Shown: positions 49,526-59,424, numbered from the stretch's first letter. The stretch: DNA of 64,000 nt from an uncultured virus (IMG/VR IMGVR_UViG_3300022867_000010) (IMGVR_UViG_3300022867_000010), one strand, 5' to 3'. Program-made: numbers and translations. Notes: generated from the letters alone by a model not told the origin.

Positions 49526-50460
49526 TATTTGAACTCCGTTGAGGACATTATTTCTGTCAAACATGCCACGACATTAATCTCTTTGTCAGCACAAAATGCA
49601 TCGCGAAATTGATAATCAGCAATGATAAGTACGACAGTTGGTATTGATGATGGCGCGATTGAATCTGACATTGAATCATATATGCGTCTAAATATTACAT
49701 GAGACTCTGTATCGATATTGTCTGCAACCCATTTTCTCATTAACTTGAAGTTTTTATCCTTCAAATAAGCAAGAAGATTATTAAAGCTTTCATCACCTAG
49801 ATTGACCAGAATGCCTGTATCAATTTTACCCGATATAGAGTATCGCTGACATTCGTTTAATATACGGCGAAAATCTGGAAAGTATCTCTGTACAAGTTCA
49901 GCAAGGACTTTCTTGTCGTATTCGATGCCTTCCTTATCAAGGATGCCTGCGGTACGTTTGAAGATGCCATTCGCAATGGCAGGTTTTTGTGCTGAAGGTA
50001 TAGAAAAATCATAGACCGAACATCTCGAATGAAGCGGCTCGATAATACGATTGCGGAAGTTGCACGTTAGAATGAACCGACAGTTGTTGGAAAATTCTTC
50101 GATGAAACCGCGAAGCGCAGGTTGGGTAGATTGTGGATTTAGATAATCTGCTTCATCTAGAATCACAACTTTATAACCACCTTGAAGTGATACAGTAGAA
50201 GCAAATTGCTTTATAGTTGTTCGCAGAGTATCAATATTGCCATTTTCCGACCCGTTTATAATAAGATAATCAAGATCAAGTTCTTTACAAAGCGCTTTGG
50301 CAACGGTCGTTTTACCAACACCTGCAGTACCAGCAAACAACATATTTGGCACTTCACCTGATTTGATGATTTCAGAAAATGTCTTCTTTAGATCACTGGT
50401 GAGAATAGTATCATTAATTGTTACCGGCCGGTACTTTTCGACAAATAGAAATTCACTCAT
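49525..50460 (-). CDS. 44: Clamp loader large subunit (gp44)
   Basis: VEKYRP, GTAGVGKT, LDEAD, SRC and FPDFR motifs. Confidence 0.95.
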   Translation of the reverse strand: MSEFLFVEKYRPVTINDTILTSDLKKTFSEIIKSGEVPNMLFAGTAGVGKTTVAKALCKELDLDYLIINGSENGNIDTLRTTIKQFASTVSLQGGYKVVILDEADYLNPQSTQPALRGFIEEFSNNCRFILTCNFRNRIIEPLHSRCSVYDFSIPSAQKPAIANGIFKRTAGILDKEGIEYDKKVLAELVQRYFPDFRRILNECQRYSISGKIDTGILVNLGDESFNNLLAYLKDKNFKLMRKWVADNIDTESHVIFRRIYDSMSDSIAPSSIPTVVLIIADYQFRDAFCADKEINVVACLTEIMSSTEFK

Positions 50461-50464
50461 AATA

Positions 50465-50662
50465 TTAATTCACACACACGGCTGAAATATACTCACCACG
50501 AACTTCAAATTTGCCCCAGAAAGGGGTAAAGCATATGTTATTATAATCATTGCCTTCGTCATCACACGAAGTAACGACCTCTGAGGTCAACAGTTGAGGA
50601 TTGTCTTTTCCAAATTTAATAAGACCGTTCGTGTATTCTTCTAATGTCATTTCATTTCTCAT
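50465..50662 (-). CDS. Hypothetical protein
   Basis: ORF behind a duplicated promoter. Confidence 0.45.
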   Translation of the reverse strand: MRNEMTLEEYTNGLIKFGKDNPQLLTSEVVTSCDDEGNDYNNICFTPFWGKFEVRGEYISAVCVN

Positions 50663-50726
50663 TATGTAATTGAAGCACCATTATATCACAAATGGTGCTT
50701 CGTGTCAACCATTTTTAATGTTATTT
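50655..50726 (-). repeat. Promoter-containing repeat, copy 1 (copy 2 at 51117-51187)
   Basis: About 70 bp near-identical; TTGACA-17-TATAAT with inverted repeat GAAGCACCATT/AATGGTGCTTC. Confidence 0.85.
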
Positions 50727-51125
50727 AATTAATGGAAGGTTGGCTACGTATTCTACTAACCAGACTTTTGGTGCTAAATAGATTTGCAACCATGTTAGAT
50801 TTAAACATACAGTGTAAATTGTGGACCAGACTATAACTCTTATAATTGTGCCAAGTCCTACATACCCTATCCAAAAATCGTCAGACGGGTTTTTATTGTA
50901 AGTTGATAAACCTATTTTTATGTCTATTAACAATGATATTGTTAATCCAATCAAACCAATGATAAACATGATTAAACTATAGGTGCCATACCATAAAATC
51001 AATTGTTCTAAATATACTGGTAACTCACCTGCTAAAAATTCTTTTGCTTCACTAGCGTTATCTAAAACGCCTGTGACTAGTTGAGTCAATGCTGTTTCAA
51101 GTGCTTGGTTCATGTTATTTCTCAT
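50721..51125 (-). CDS. Membrane protein
   Basis: Two TM segments; WLQIYLAPKVWLVEY. Confidence 0.6.
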   Translation of the reverse strand: MRNNMNQALETALTQLVTGVLDNASEAKEFLAGELPVYLEQLILWYGTYSLIMFIIGLIGLTISLLIDIKIGLSTYNKNPSDDFWIGYVGLGTIIRVIVWSTIYTVCLNLTWLQIYLAPKVWLVEYVANLPLIK

Positions 51126-51187
51126 TTTGTAATTGAAGCACCATTATATCACAAATGGTGCTTCGTGTCAACCATTTTAATGTTATT
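51117..51187 (-). repeat. Promoter-containing repeat, copy 2
   Basis: Match to 50655-50726. Confidence 0.85.
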
Positions 51188-51419
51188 TTGTCAAACTTGA
51201 TTCGAAGTCAATGTCTGGAATTATTGATTGAGGTTTAAAAATTACTCTGTAATGATATATACTGACACCTTTGCTTTCTAACTGCTCGGCAGAATAATTT
51301 TAATAATTTTACGTTTTTCATTACATACTCCTTGTTGCTTATGATAGGTGCTTTTTATTTAATCAAAGGCAGGTTGGCTACGTATTCTACTAACCAGACT
51401 TTTGGTGCTATTGCGATCT

Positions 51420-51611
51420 TCAATCATCATCGACAATCTCATAATCAGACTTATCAATTTCTGATATTTCGACATCTCGCCATTCGTAATGAGTTGAGTT
51501 GGATATTCCGTGAGCACTGAACACTTGCTGTAACTTAAGTCCCACTGGACCGTCATAATTAGATATAATCTTAGCAGGATCGCAGCCAGTGCATTTTTTA
51601 AGTCGAATCAT
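51420..51611 (-). CDS. Hypothetical protein
   Basis: Small coupled ORF. Confidence 0.4.
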   Translation of the reverse strand: MIRLKKCTGCDPAKIISNYDGPVGLKLQQVFSAHGISNSTHYEWRDVEISEIDKSDYEIVDDD

Positions 51612-51613
51612 TA

Positions 51614-52030
51614 TTAATGCCCCTTAGATTTTAGGAAATCTACCATTGCCATCATGTCGATCTTCCAAGCTTTTGGGCTTTCTTGGTACGGTGTTACTCT
51701 AAAGTAATCGGATAGAATGTTGGTTTTATGTATACCCATCTCATGTAGACCTAGTATTATATCTCCTAAGCGAAATGCGTCTAACGCCGCTAACTTATTA
51801 TAGTTTTTACCAAAATCGTGAGGATCTAGAACCTCACGAAAATTTGATCTTAGCGTTCCAGCCATTACAGCTCCAGCAAAACACGCGTAACAGATTTGGT
51901 CAACATCACAATAATCGTGCCATCGGGTCATATTGACTATATAATTAGGGTTTTTTTCTATCAACTCTAAATCGTTCAAGGCCAAAAGTATGAGTTCTGA
52001 CGGTACGTCTGGTAGCTTTAATTTTTTCAT
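51614..52030 (-). CDS. Hypothetical protein
   Basis: 138-aa ORF with a C..C.AG motif. Confidence 0.55.
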   Translation of the reverse strand: MKKLKLPDVPSELILLALNDLELIEKNPNYIVNMTRWHDYCDVDQICYACFAGAVMAGTLRSNFREVLDPHDFGKNYNKLAALDAFRLGDIILGLHEMGIHKTNILSDYFRVTPYQESPKAWKIDMMAMVDFLKSKGH

Positions 52031-52147
52031 AATATATATACTTTTTGTTTAAAATTAGTAAGGCTGGTTACGTTATCCAGCAATGCAGCGCGATCAGTTC
52101 GGCATTCGCAGTTTTTTAGATCATCTCATTGTTATTTTGTGTTGCTG

Positions 52148-52396
52148 TTACCCCGTAGTAATAGATTCATACAACTCAACAATATCTTCCTGTTCTTGTT
52201 GAATCTCGGTAAAATTTTGCTTGTGGTAGATTGCAGCAATCTTTTTTACGTTTTTCTTGTCAAGATCAAGTTCGTCAGCAATTCTTGCCACCGCTTCTTT
52301 CTGGAAATCCCTTTCGGCGTCATTACGAGTCATACTGTTTGATATTTCAGTAATGGCATCTTTTAACTTTTTTACATCTGCAGGATTGCTTAACAT
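52148..52396 (-). CDS. T4 DsbA-like double-stranded DNA binding protein
   Basis: Helical protein with I.E.S...YHKQN pattern. Confidence 0.65.
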   Translation of the reverse strand: MLSNPADVKKLKDAITEISNSMTRNDAERDFQKEAVARIADELDLDKKNVKKIAAIYHKQNFTEIQQEQEDIVELYESITTG

Positions 52397-52668
52397 TATT
52401 TAGTACCTTCAGTTAGAAATTGTGGCTTGTTGTCTGATGCAGATTCTTCTACTTCTTTAGCTTGAGGAGCAACCGACTTGATGAAGGTCACTACTCGGGT
52501 TCTTAGAGCGCCGACAGTTTCCATTTCGGCGCCTTCAAATGCTCCTCGTTTTGAACAGTTGTCAATAATGCCAATCATTCCTACAAGATCATTTAACTGC
52601 AGTTGTTCAGCAGCACCTTCGGTTTCAACAGTAGGTGTTACTTTGGTTGATGTATCAGATTCGTTCAT
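52396..52668 (-). CDS. Hypothetical protein
   Basis: IID..SKRGAF.G.EM..VG motif. Confidence 0.6.
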   Translation of the reverse strand: MNESDTSTKVTPTVETEGAAEQLQLNDLVGMIGIIDNCSKRGAFEGAEMETVGALRTRVVTFIKSVAPQAKEVEESASDNKPQFLTEGTK

Positions 52669-52830
52669 ATTATTTGTCTCAAATTTTACGTTGCATTATA
52701 TTTTAATGTGTAACCATTATACACCATTTTAATGTGTTTGTCAATACCTAATTTATATAAATAATAAAAACAAACCGGTTGGCGTTTTCAGCACCAACCG
52801 ATTCTAACATCACAATACGGACATATTGCA

Positions 52831-53001
52831 ATGCCTACAATCTATTTATATCTAAAAACCCATAACATCACTGGGTTAAAATACCTCGGCAAAACTACCC
52901 AAGAACCGCACAAATATTGGGGTTCTGGAATAGATTGGCTGTTACATATCAAGAAATATGGTTATAATGTAACACGGTCTGGTTGGTCTATCCAAAGCTA
53001 G
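52831..53001 (+). pseudogene. Truncated GIY-YIG homing endonuclease (56 aa, below the ORF-track cutoff)
   Basis: MPTIYLYLKTHNITGLKYLGKTTQEPHKYWGSG..W..HIKKYG; own TATAAATA 52756-52763 and hairpin 52776-52800. Confidence 0.75.
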
Positions 53002-53677
53002 AAGACTTCTCCAAAGCAACCCAATACTCGATGGCGCCAGAATCATTTACAAAATGTGAGATTAACTTTGAGGATATTGATACCTCGTAATTACCTGACA
53101 TAAACTTATAGTTTCCAATATTGAACACGAAAGAAAACGGTACATCAGGACGAGTACTCGTATCAGCCGTGATATCAATAGAATAGGAATTTGCTGTATT
53201 GTTTTTAACTTCACCTATAACTGCGGTGATAGGTGAATTTTTGTCACCATCGCCTGATATGGTCATATCAGTAGAGCCAAGTGTTGCCGCGGCTTTCCTA
53301 AGTGCATTAATGTCAGAATCAGACATGGTAAACTTAAGATCGATGTTTGGCATATTTACATCTTTTTCGGGCTTTGTAAGAAACGAGGCATCTGAAAAGA
53401 AATATTTAACCGATTGACGACCACTTGATATTCTGGCAAACATTGCGTCTGAACTCAAAGCAATTTCTGGTTCTTCAAACATGCCATGCACACCAAGGAA
53501 TTCGTTCAGATCATATATACCGAATGATGTATCGAATTCTTCTTGGATAGTGGCTTTTGCGAGGATATTCTTACCTTCAGATATAGTTCGGATTACTGAA
53601 CCTACATCGAGCACGATATTAGAATTGATGGATGCCAAATTTTTTAAAATACTGACTGTGTTTGCACTAAGTTTCAT
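52988..53677 (-). CDS. 45: Sliding clamp (gp45)
   Basis: MKLS..T..ILKN..SIN, FGIYDLNEFL and YWVALE motifs. Confidence 0.95.
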   Translation of the reverse strand: MKLSANTVSILKNLASINSNIVLDVGSVIRTISEGKNILAKATIQEEFDTSFGIYDLNEFLGVHGMFEEPEIALSSDAMFARISSGRQSVKYFFSDASFLTKPEKDVNMPNIDLKFTMSDSDINALRKAAATLGSTDMTISGDGDKNSPITAVIGEVKNNTANSYSIDITADTSTRPDVPFSFVFNIGNYKFMSGNYEVSISSKLISHFVNDSGAIEYWVALEKSSSFG

Positions 53678-53766
53678 AATTAATCTTTCTCACTTGTTGT
53701 AATTGTAAATAGTATGACTATTATATCATACTAAATTGGGTTTGTCAACCTTTTAGTACACAATAA

Positions 53767-54762
53767 TTAAAGAATTTCTTGTTGGAAAAACCAAGCTCGC
53801 GCCTTAGCACTGGTACCTTTGCTTATATCCCTCATCTCTAAGGAGTTATCCTTAATCACGTCTGATTCTTCTTTTGCGATATCATTATTCACCCATTGAA
53901 TAAAGGCGCTTAAGTATTGTCGATCAAAATCTAATAAGTTATCTGTCTGGGCAAGTTTATGGTGCGGCACATTAGGTAAAATCTCTGCTGCAGCCTGATT
54001 TAATCGATTTTCAGTTACCGCGTATTCGATAAATTCCATAATAGAGTTTAACTTTTCTACATCAACAGGGGCCAAAGTTTTTACTTTAGATATGCTGTGT
54101 TTTTCACCTTTAATTTTAAAAGATAAAAGTTCACCGCTATCTGAAATATGTTCCCATACAACACCCTCGCCTATACCTAAATTACCAAAGAACTTGCCTA
54201 CTGGGCACTCAGCTTCGATTTTTTCTGTAATATCAATCAGCTGATTTTGCACTTTCTCTGGATTAGCAAAATCGATTTCAATTGATTGCGACCAGATTGT
54301 CAGACAATCAGTAATACAGTCAAGGCTCGACTTAAACTCTGGACGATTGTCGATCCATTTGCTATCGTCTCCATTCACCAATTTTACACCAAACGTGTAA
54401 AAGAACTTTGGTAAACCAGAAACGGCAACATTTGGGGATATTTGCTGGCCAGCAAACTCGCCGTATATGACAACCGTATCATTGCTGCCTACAAGATTTG
54501 AACTGATAAGATCTTGTTTATATCTTAAAAACTCGTATTCATAAAGACTGGCCCAGGCGGCAAATCCTTGATTATCATCACCAATCCTAATTTCCTTGTT
54601 TCTCGATTGCAGAATTATATCATCATTGGGTGCAATGACCACGGAAGCATTGGTGCCATGAAGTTTAACAGTGCCTTTAAACGTAAGCAATGGCATTGCA
54701 CCGTGTCTGGTAACTTCTCTTATAGTATTTCTATATTGGGATACAGATGGATATTTAATCAT
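53767..54762 (-). CDS. Rnl2-family RNA ligase
   Basis: KLHGTN, QSR, YGEFAG, GEGVVW and FKIK motifs. Confidence 0.8.
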   Translation of the reverse strand: MIKYPSVSQYRNTIREVTRHGAMPLLTFKGTVKLHGTNASVVIAPNDDIILQSRNKEIRIGDDNQGFAAWASLYEYEFLRYKQDLISSNLVGSNDTVVIYGEFAGQQISPNVAVSGLPKFFYTFGVKLVNGDDSKWIDNRPEFKSSLDCITDCLTIWSQSIEIDFANPEKVQNQLIDITEKIEAECPVGKFFGNLGIGEGVVWEHISDSGELLSFKIKGEKHSISKVKTLAPVDVEKLNSIMEFIEYAVTENRLNQAAAEILPNVPHHKLAQTDNLLDFDRQYLSAFIQWVNNDIAKEESDVIKDNSLEMRDISKGTSAKARAWFFQQEIL

Positions 54763-55420
54763 GTAATAAATCTCTAATGTTGGATTTTAAGTCTTGAATG
54801 TCACCATGATTGCTAATAGTGCATTTCGGGCTACAACCTATCCAAGCCCATTCACTTTCATGGACATGTTCAAGCATTTTTGGTTTTTCCTCTGGGTATT
54901 TAATTTGGTCGATTTCAGTGTTCCAAATCTTTGCAGAAGTGAACCACACAGGTCGCACTCCACGCTCTATCATCCACAAATCACCATTAGTTTTTAACCA
55001 AGCAATTTCGTTAGGGAATCTAACGTCTGTGACGACTACATTACCCAACTTTGCAATTTTGCTCTCCAAAATATTCAACCAAATATCTGAATGAAAGTTG
55101 TTGCGAAGAACCTCAGTACCTAAAGTCTGCAGAGCAGTTCTTGGGGACCAAGGTTTACCCAACTTTTGTGACCAAAAGACGTCTGGGGTATCTCTTTGAC
55201 TTCTTGATTCATCGGTAAGACCTTCCAACATCTCACGGTCCCAATCAAACAAGATAGCAACTACATCCTTTAACGATTCAGCAAAGCTTAGACGAGTATA
55301 ACCATAATCTGAAACCAGAATGTCTCCAGCCGTGTCTTTGCCTGAACCGATAGAGCCACATAAACCTATAAGATCAGGTAGATTGGATTTATTTTTTTCG
55401 GTTAATTTACAAGTTTTCAT
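54755..55420 (-). CDS. 1: Deoxynucleoside monophosphate kinase (gp1-like)
   Basis: GSIGSGKDT, SFAESLK, R..LQ..GTE, DVRFPNE and HESE motifs. Confidence 0.9.
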   Translation of the reverse strand: MKTCKLTEKNKSNLPDLIGLCGSIGSGKDTAGDILVSDYGYTRLSFAESLKDVVAILFDWDREMLEGLTDESRSQRDTPDVFWSQKLGKPWSPRTALQTLGTEVLRNNFHSDIWLNILESKIAKLGNVVVTDVRFPNEIAWLKTNGDLWMIERGVRPVWFTSAKIWNTEIDQIKYPEEKPKMLEHVHESEWAWIGCSPKCTISNHGDIQDLKSNIRDLLHD

Positions 55421-55437
55421 AATTTTTCCTAGAGCCG

Positions 55438-56706
55438 TTATAGATATGGTGCGTCATCACTATTAGATTCAGCATCAATATCAATATCAATATCAGCATC
55501 GACCTTAGTGTAAAGATCAAGAAACGCTTCTTTAGTTTCTTCATCAAAGCGATTAACACATAACTGAATGGATTTCATTTTATCCTTAAAGATTGAATGT
55601 GTTTGGACAATATGACACAAACGTCTAGTCGAAATAATCTCATCAATTGCATCCATTGCAAATGTATCACGAATTGTTTTTGACCAGTTCGTAAGATTAT
55701 CTGCAAATTTATCATCAACTTCACCTGAGTAAAGTTGCATATGTTTTAGGACGATTCGTTTTTCAACAGATGGCGATGGATATGGTTGTTCCAACGTAAT
55801 AGCGAAGCGTTCAAGAAATGCCTCGTCTATAATTGTCGCCGCGGCAAAACGGCCATCGTCTGAACCTTTGCCTTTAGTATTAGCAGTAGCAACAACATTG
55901 AATCCTTCGGCAGGACGAATGATCTCACCTGTCTTTTTAAGTAAAACAGGTTTGCCTTCTAAAATCGCCTGAAGACACATAATCTTGTTAGTACCACGGT
56001 CAATTTCGTCAAGCAACAAAATATCGCCGTTTTCCATTGCCTGAATAACAGGGCCTTTCTGGAAAACAGTATCACCATTAATCAAACGAAAACCACCTAG
56101 CAAATCATCTTCATCTGTTTCTGGTGAGATTTGAACTCGAACACAAGAACGTTTCAGCTTTGCACAAGCCTGTTCTATCATAAGAGTTTTACCGTTTCCA
56201 GAAAGACCAGAAGTAAACATAGGGTAGAACATTTTTGATTTTATAATTTTAACCACATCCCGAAAATGTCCCCATTCGACATAGGTGTCTAAAACTTCAG
56301 GTATGAATGTTTCCATTAAAGTCGAAGTGGGCGCAGGTCCCTTGTCTTCCTTGGTAAAAGAGATCACATTTTCAACAACAGGAATGGCGTCGGTATTTTT
56401 AACAGAAAACAGACTTGCAATCTCTGAAAGATCGTAAAGACCATTTTCAAGTTTAGGTTGGGCAACGGCGATTTGTCGCCCGAAGTTATGTGAGTAACCT
56501 AGGTCACGTGCCGCGTCGGCAACGTCATCAGCTCGAAATTCTGTCTTTGAGGGATATTGATTAAAGATAGATCTTGCAACCTCGACGATCTTAGCAACCG
56601 TAGTGTCTGTGACCTTCATCGAAGGTTTATCCATAACAGACATACGGCGTTTAAATATTTTAGCAACAGCAACGGTAGTGCCAACAACGGTAGTAGCATC
56701 TTTCAT
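55438..56706 (-). CDS. cobS: CobS/MoxR-like AAA+ ATPase
   Basis: GLSGNGKT, TDEDDLLGG, LLDEID, ATANTKG and ISTRRL motifs. Confidence 0.88.
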   Translation of the reverse strand: MKDATTVVGTTVAVAKIFKRRMSVMDKPSMKVTDTTVAKIVEVARSIFNQYPSKTEFRADDVADAARDLGYSHNFGRQIAVAQPKLENGLYDLSEIASLFSVKNTDAIPVVENVISFTKEDKGPAPTSTLMETFIPEVLDTYVEWGHFRDVVKIIKSKMFYPMFTSGLSGNGKTLMIEQACAKLKRSCVRVQISPETDEDDLLGGFRLINGDTVFQKGPVIQAMENGDILLLDEIDRGTNKIMCLQAILEGKPVLLKKTGEIIRPAEGFNVVATANTKGKGSDDGRFAAATIIDEAFLERFAITLEQPYPSPSVEKRIVLKHMQLYSGEVDDKFADNLTNWSKTIRDTFAMDAIDEIISTRRLCHIVQTHSIFKDKMKSIQLCVNRFDEETKEAFLDLYTKVDADIDIDIDAESNSDDAPYL

Positions 56707-56727
56707 AATATAAGTCTCTTATTTCTC

Positions 56728-56817
56728 AATTTCTATACATGTATTATACCATAGTCGCGGCACAATGTCAATAACTAATTTCAGTTTAGTTAGAATTAGT
56801 TGTTATATTAATATAAC
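56728..56817 (-). promoter_or_regulatory. sigma70 promoter cassette with palindrome
   Basis: TTGACA 56771-56766; GTTATATTAATATAAC 56802-56817. Confidence 0.85.
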
Positions 56818-56831
56818 TTTTAATTATAACG

Positions 56832-59066
56832 TTATGCAATCATTTCGATAAACTTGGTAGCAAACAATCGGGTAGATTTTTTACCAACGCTGTGTTTCTT
56901 AAATGCGCTACGTATCTGAGTCGCGGTGGCATTTTCCTGAACTTCAAATTCTTTCTTTTCAGCATTAAGATCTTTGGTATTCATAAAAAACAGACGGTTA
57001 TAGCCTAGAACGTTATCGACAGGAACAAAATGATTTTTTCTAAATTCCTTGTTCATAGAGTATATATCAAAGGGCTTTTTATATCCACAAAACGCTGCAT
57101 AATTCATTTTTTTTTCCATTTGTCTTTTATTTGTCGCTACAAAGTAACCAATAACATTAAATTCAGTCTGAAGATATTCAAACATATCTTTTTGCAGATT
57201 TTTATATCGATCTTCTCGAGTATTATATGTGTATATTTTACCATCAATTTCTACTTTATAATGTTGTGGCAACCGGCCGAACTGCCGGTTGAAGTACGCT
57301 GGGTCTACTCGATGAGCATTCATACTAGGGTCTAGGTGATGATTTACATCACCGCCGTCCCCGTCAGTCAAAAATATCGCGGTTACCTTTTGCACATTAT
57401 TTAATCTCTTAAAATCCCGAATTATATGTCTAGCCATCATGATGGTTTCGACCAGAGGTGTGCCACCTAATCGATAATCTTGTATAGGATAGTTCCTGCG
57501 AATTAAATCACCATAAGGTCCTTCAATAGCTAATTCCAAAAGAAAATGATAACTTGAAGTGTATTCATCTTTATTCATCCGTGATGATAGTATATGTCTA
57601 ATAATACTATCGCTAACGTCAATATCTTGATCTTGAAGTGTATGAGTGATCCCTATCACTTTCTCCCTATGTTTTGATTCATTAGAAGAAGAACACGTAA
57701 AAGTATAAATATCAAAGGGTATATAAGCTCGTTTACAAAATGCGGCCAGTATCAAACTCTGCTTAATAACATCTCCTAAATCACCGTTCATAGAGCCAGA
57801 AGCGTCGATAAACATAACCATTCCATGGCTCTTAGCATCCGCCAAATTAGTAACAGATTTGAAAACATCGTCGTCATATTTGTAAGAAAACATGCGGTTA
57901 ACGTCAAGCACACCTTTAGAAGAAGTCGTGGCCCGTTGATATTGAAAAGCATGTTTTTTTAAGTCAAATTCCTTAATCATCAACGATACAGAAGATTTAG
58001 ACGTTTCCATAAAATCATCATATTTTTTTTTGTTGTGTGTAGACATCTCCTTAAAAGTAATCTTTTTTTCGATTAAAGCGGTTTCTTGATAGTTCTTTCG
58101 ATTATCAAGAACTTCTTTATAACCAACAACACAAGTTTTAGTAGTCTTTTTCGAAACAGCTTTAATATAATGAATGAACTCGCCACCGTTTTGAGTTAGA
58201 TCGCCATTCTTTTCGTGTTCACGAAACGCCGAATCTGTAAAAGGTTCGGGTGGAGTTTCAAAATCATCTTTCTTTGACATATCCACATCATGCGAACCTT
58301 TTTTGCCCATTGATCCGGCAGAATCCTCATCGGCTTGATCACTTGGCTCATCACCACCAGAATCTTCCTCGGCTTCCTCGGCTTGATCACTTGGCTCATC
58401 ACTGACAGAATCCTCAGCGACTTCATCACTGGCAGAATCCTCAGCGACTTCATCACTTGGCTCTTCATCTTCAAGATTGTCGATCAAATCTTTCATTTCC
58501 TTTTCCTTTTCCTTTTGTCTTTCTTTTAGCTCGTCGGCATAACCACCAAGCATTCTACAAACTCTAAGAGTGTCTTCCCAAGTTTCAACCGCCATTGCAG
58601 CTTTAAGCAAAGGTTGTTCTTCATCTGTAAAGTTGATATCTAACAAATTACGAACCTTGGCTTTAATGTTTAGTCGATCTATAAAATGTAGAGAGTTAAC
58701 ATCTTTGTCGTCAATACCGAAGAAGTTTCTATTTAACAAATCCATATAACCGCGTTTGAAACAAAGAACAAGTCCTGGATAGGTTCTAATCACCAACTTT
58801 TCAATTCTAATGTCTTCAATTATATTAATAAACGATCTTGGTATGCCAGGGACTTCTTCTTTAGCATCATGCCAACCTTGTGTTGGAGTGTAAAGAGCAT
58901 GGCCAACTTCGTGGCCAATCATCAGGTCATTAAGATGTTTAGATTCAGAGGTCCACAAAGGAAGACCAAGAGTACGAGTTTTAGGAACAAAGAAGGCTGT
59001 TTTGTAGTTTCCAACTTGAACCGTAATATCTTCTTTGGCTAGTAGATTAACAATGAGTTTATTCAT
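56832..59066 (-). CDS. HEXXH peptidase-like plus vWA domain protein (CobT-like partner of CobS)
   Basis: HEVGHAL.T, EDIRIE, MIDAS DASGS, GGTPL, FLTDG; acidic repeat linker. Confidence 0.8.
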   Translation of the reverse strand: MNKLIVNLLAKEDITVQVGNYKTAFFVPKTRTLGLPLWTSESKHLNDLMIGHEVGHALYTPTQGWHDAKEEVPGIPRSFINIIEDIRIEKLVIRTYPGLVLCFKRGYMDLLNRNFFGIDDKDVNSLHFIDRLNIKAKVRNLLDINFTDEEQPLLKAAMAVETWEDTLRVCRMLGGYADELKERQKEKEKEMKDLIDNLEDEEPSDEVAEDSASDEVAEDSVSDEPSDQAEEAEEDSGGDEPSDQADEDSAGSMGKKGSHDVDMSKKDDFETPPEPFTDSAFREHEKNGDLTQNGGEFIHYIKAVSKKTTKTCVVGYKEVLDNRKNYQETALIEKKITFKEMSTHNKKKYDDFMETSKSSVSLMIKEFDLKKHAFQYQRATTSSKGVLDVNRMFSYKYDDDVFKSVTNLADAKSHGMVMFIDASGSMNGDLGDVIKQSLILAAFCKRAYIPFDIYTFTCSSSNESKHREKVIGITHTLQDQDIDVSDSIIRHILSSRMNKDEYTSSYHFLLELAIEGPYGDLIRRNYPIQDYRLGGTPLVETIMMARHIIRDFKRLNNVQKVTAIFLTDGDGGDVNHHLDPSMNAHRVDPAYFNRQFGRLPQHYKVEIDGKIYTYNTREDRYKNLQKDMFEYLQTEFNVIGYFVATNKRQMEKKMNYAAFCGYKKPFDIYSMNKEFRKNHFVPVDNVLGYNRLFFMNTKDLNAEKKEFEVQENATATQIRSAFKKHSVGKKSTRLFATKFIEMIA
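58318..58470. repeat. Imperfect tandem repeats encoding an acidic linker (SDEVAEDS / DEPSDQA)
   Basis: Read directly from the sequence. Confidence 0.7.
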
Positions 59067-59095
59067 TTCTTCAATTCCTTAATTTCTATACATGT

Positions 59096-59290
59096 ATTAT
59101 ACCATAACCCAAGTACAATGTCAATAACAATTTGCAAACTTGTAGTTATAACGATATAACTAAATGTTATATCGGTAAGATTATTTGGTGTAGGTGTTTT
59201 CCAATTCATACGACCATTATATAGGGATTTCAGTATAATGTCAACAACTATTTTTGATTTAGACAGAACTTGGAGTTATAACGTTATAAC
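59096..59290 (-). promoter_or_regulatory. Two tandem sigma70 promoters, each with an upstream palindrome
   Basis: TTGACA 59124-59119 with palindrome 59145-59160; TTGACA 59244-59239 with palindrome 59275-59290. Confidence 0.85.
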
Positions 59291-59375
59291 ATTTAGTTAT
59301 ATAAGATACGCTGAGTACGCTGCATGCTTTTAGAGTTGCTTGGTGATTACCGTGAAGGATTCAAGCCAGATATGT

Positions 59376-59417
59376 AAAAAATGTTCTAGTACCGACACAT
59401 TACGAAGGTACTAGAAC
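59376..59417 (-). terminator. Intrinsic terminator after gene 46
   Basis: GTTCTAGTACC/GGTACTAGAAC stem followed by a T-run. Confidence 0.75.
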
Positions 59418-59424
59418 GTTTCTA

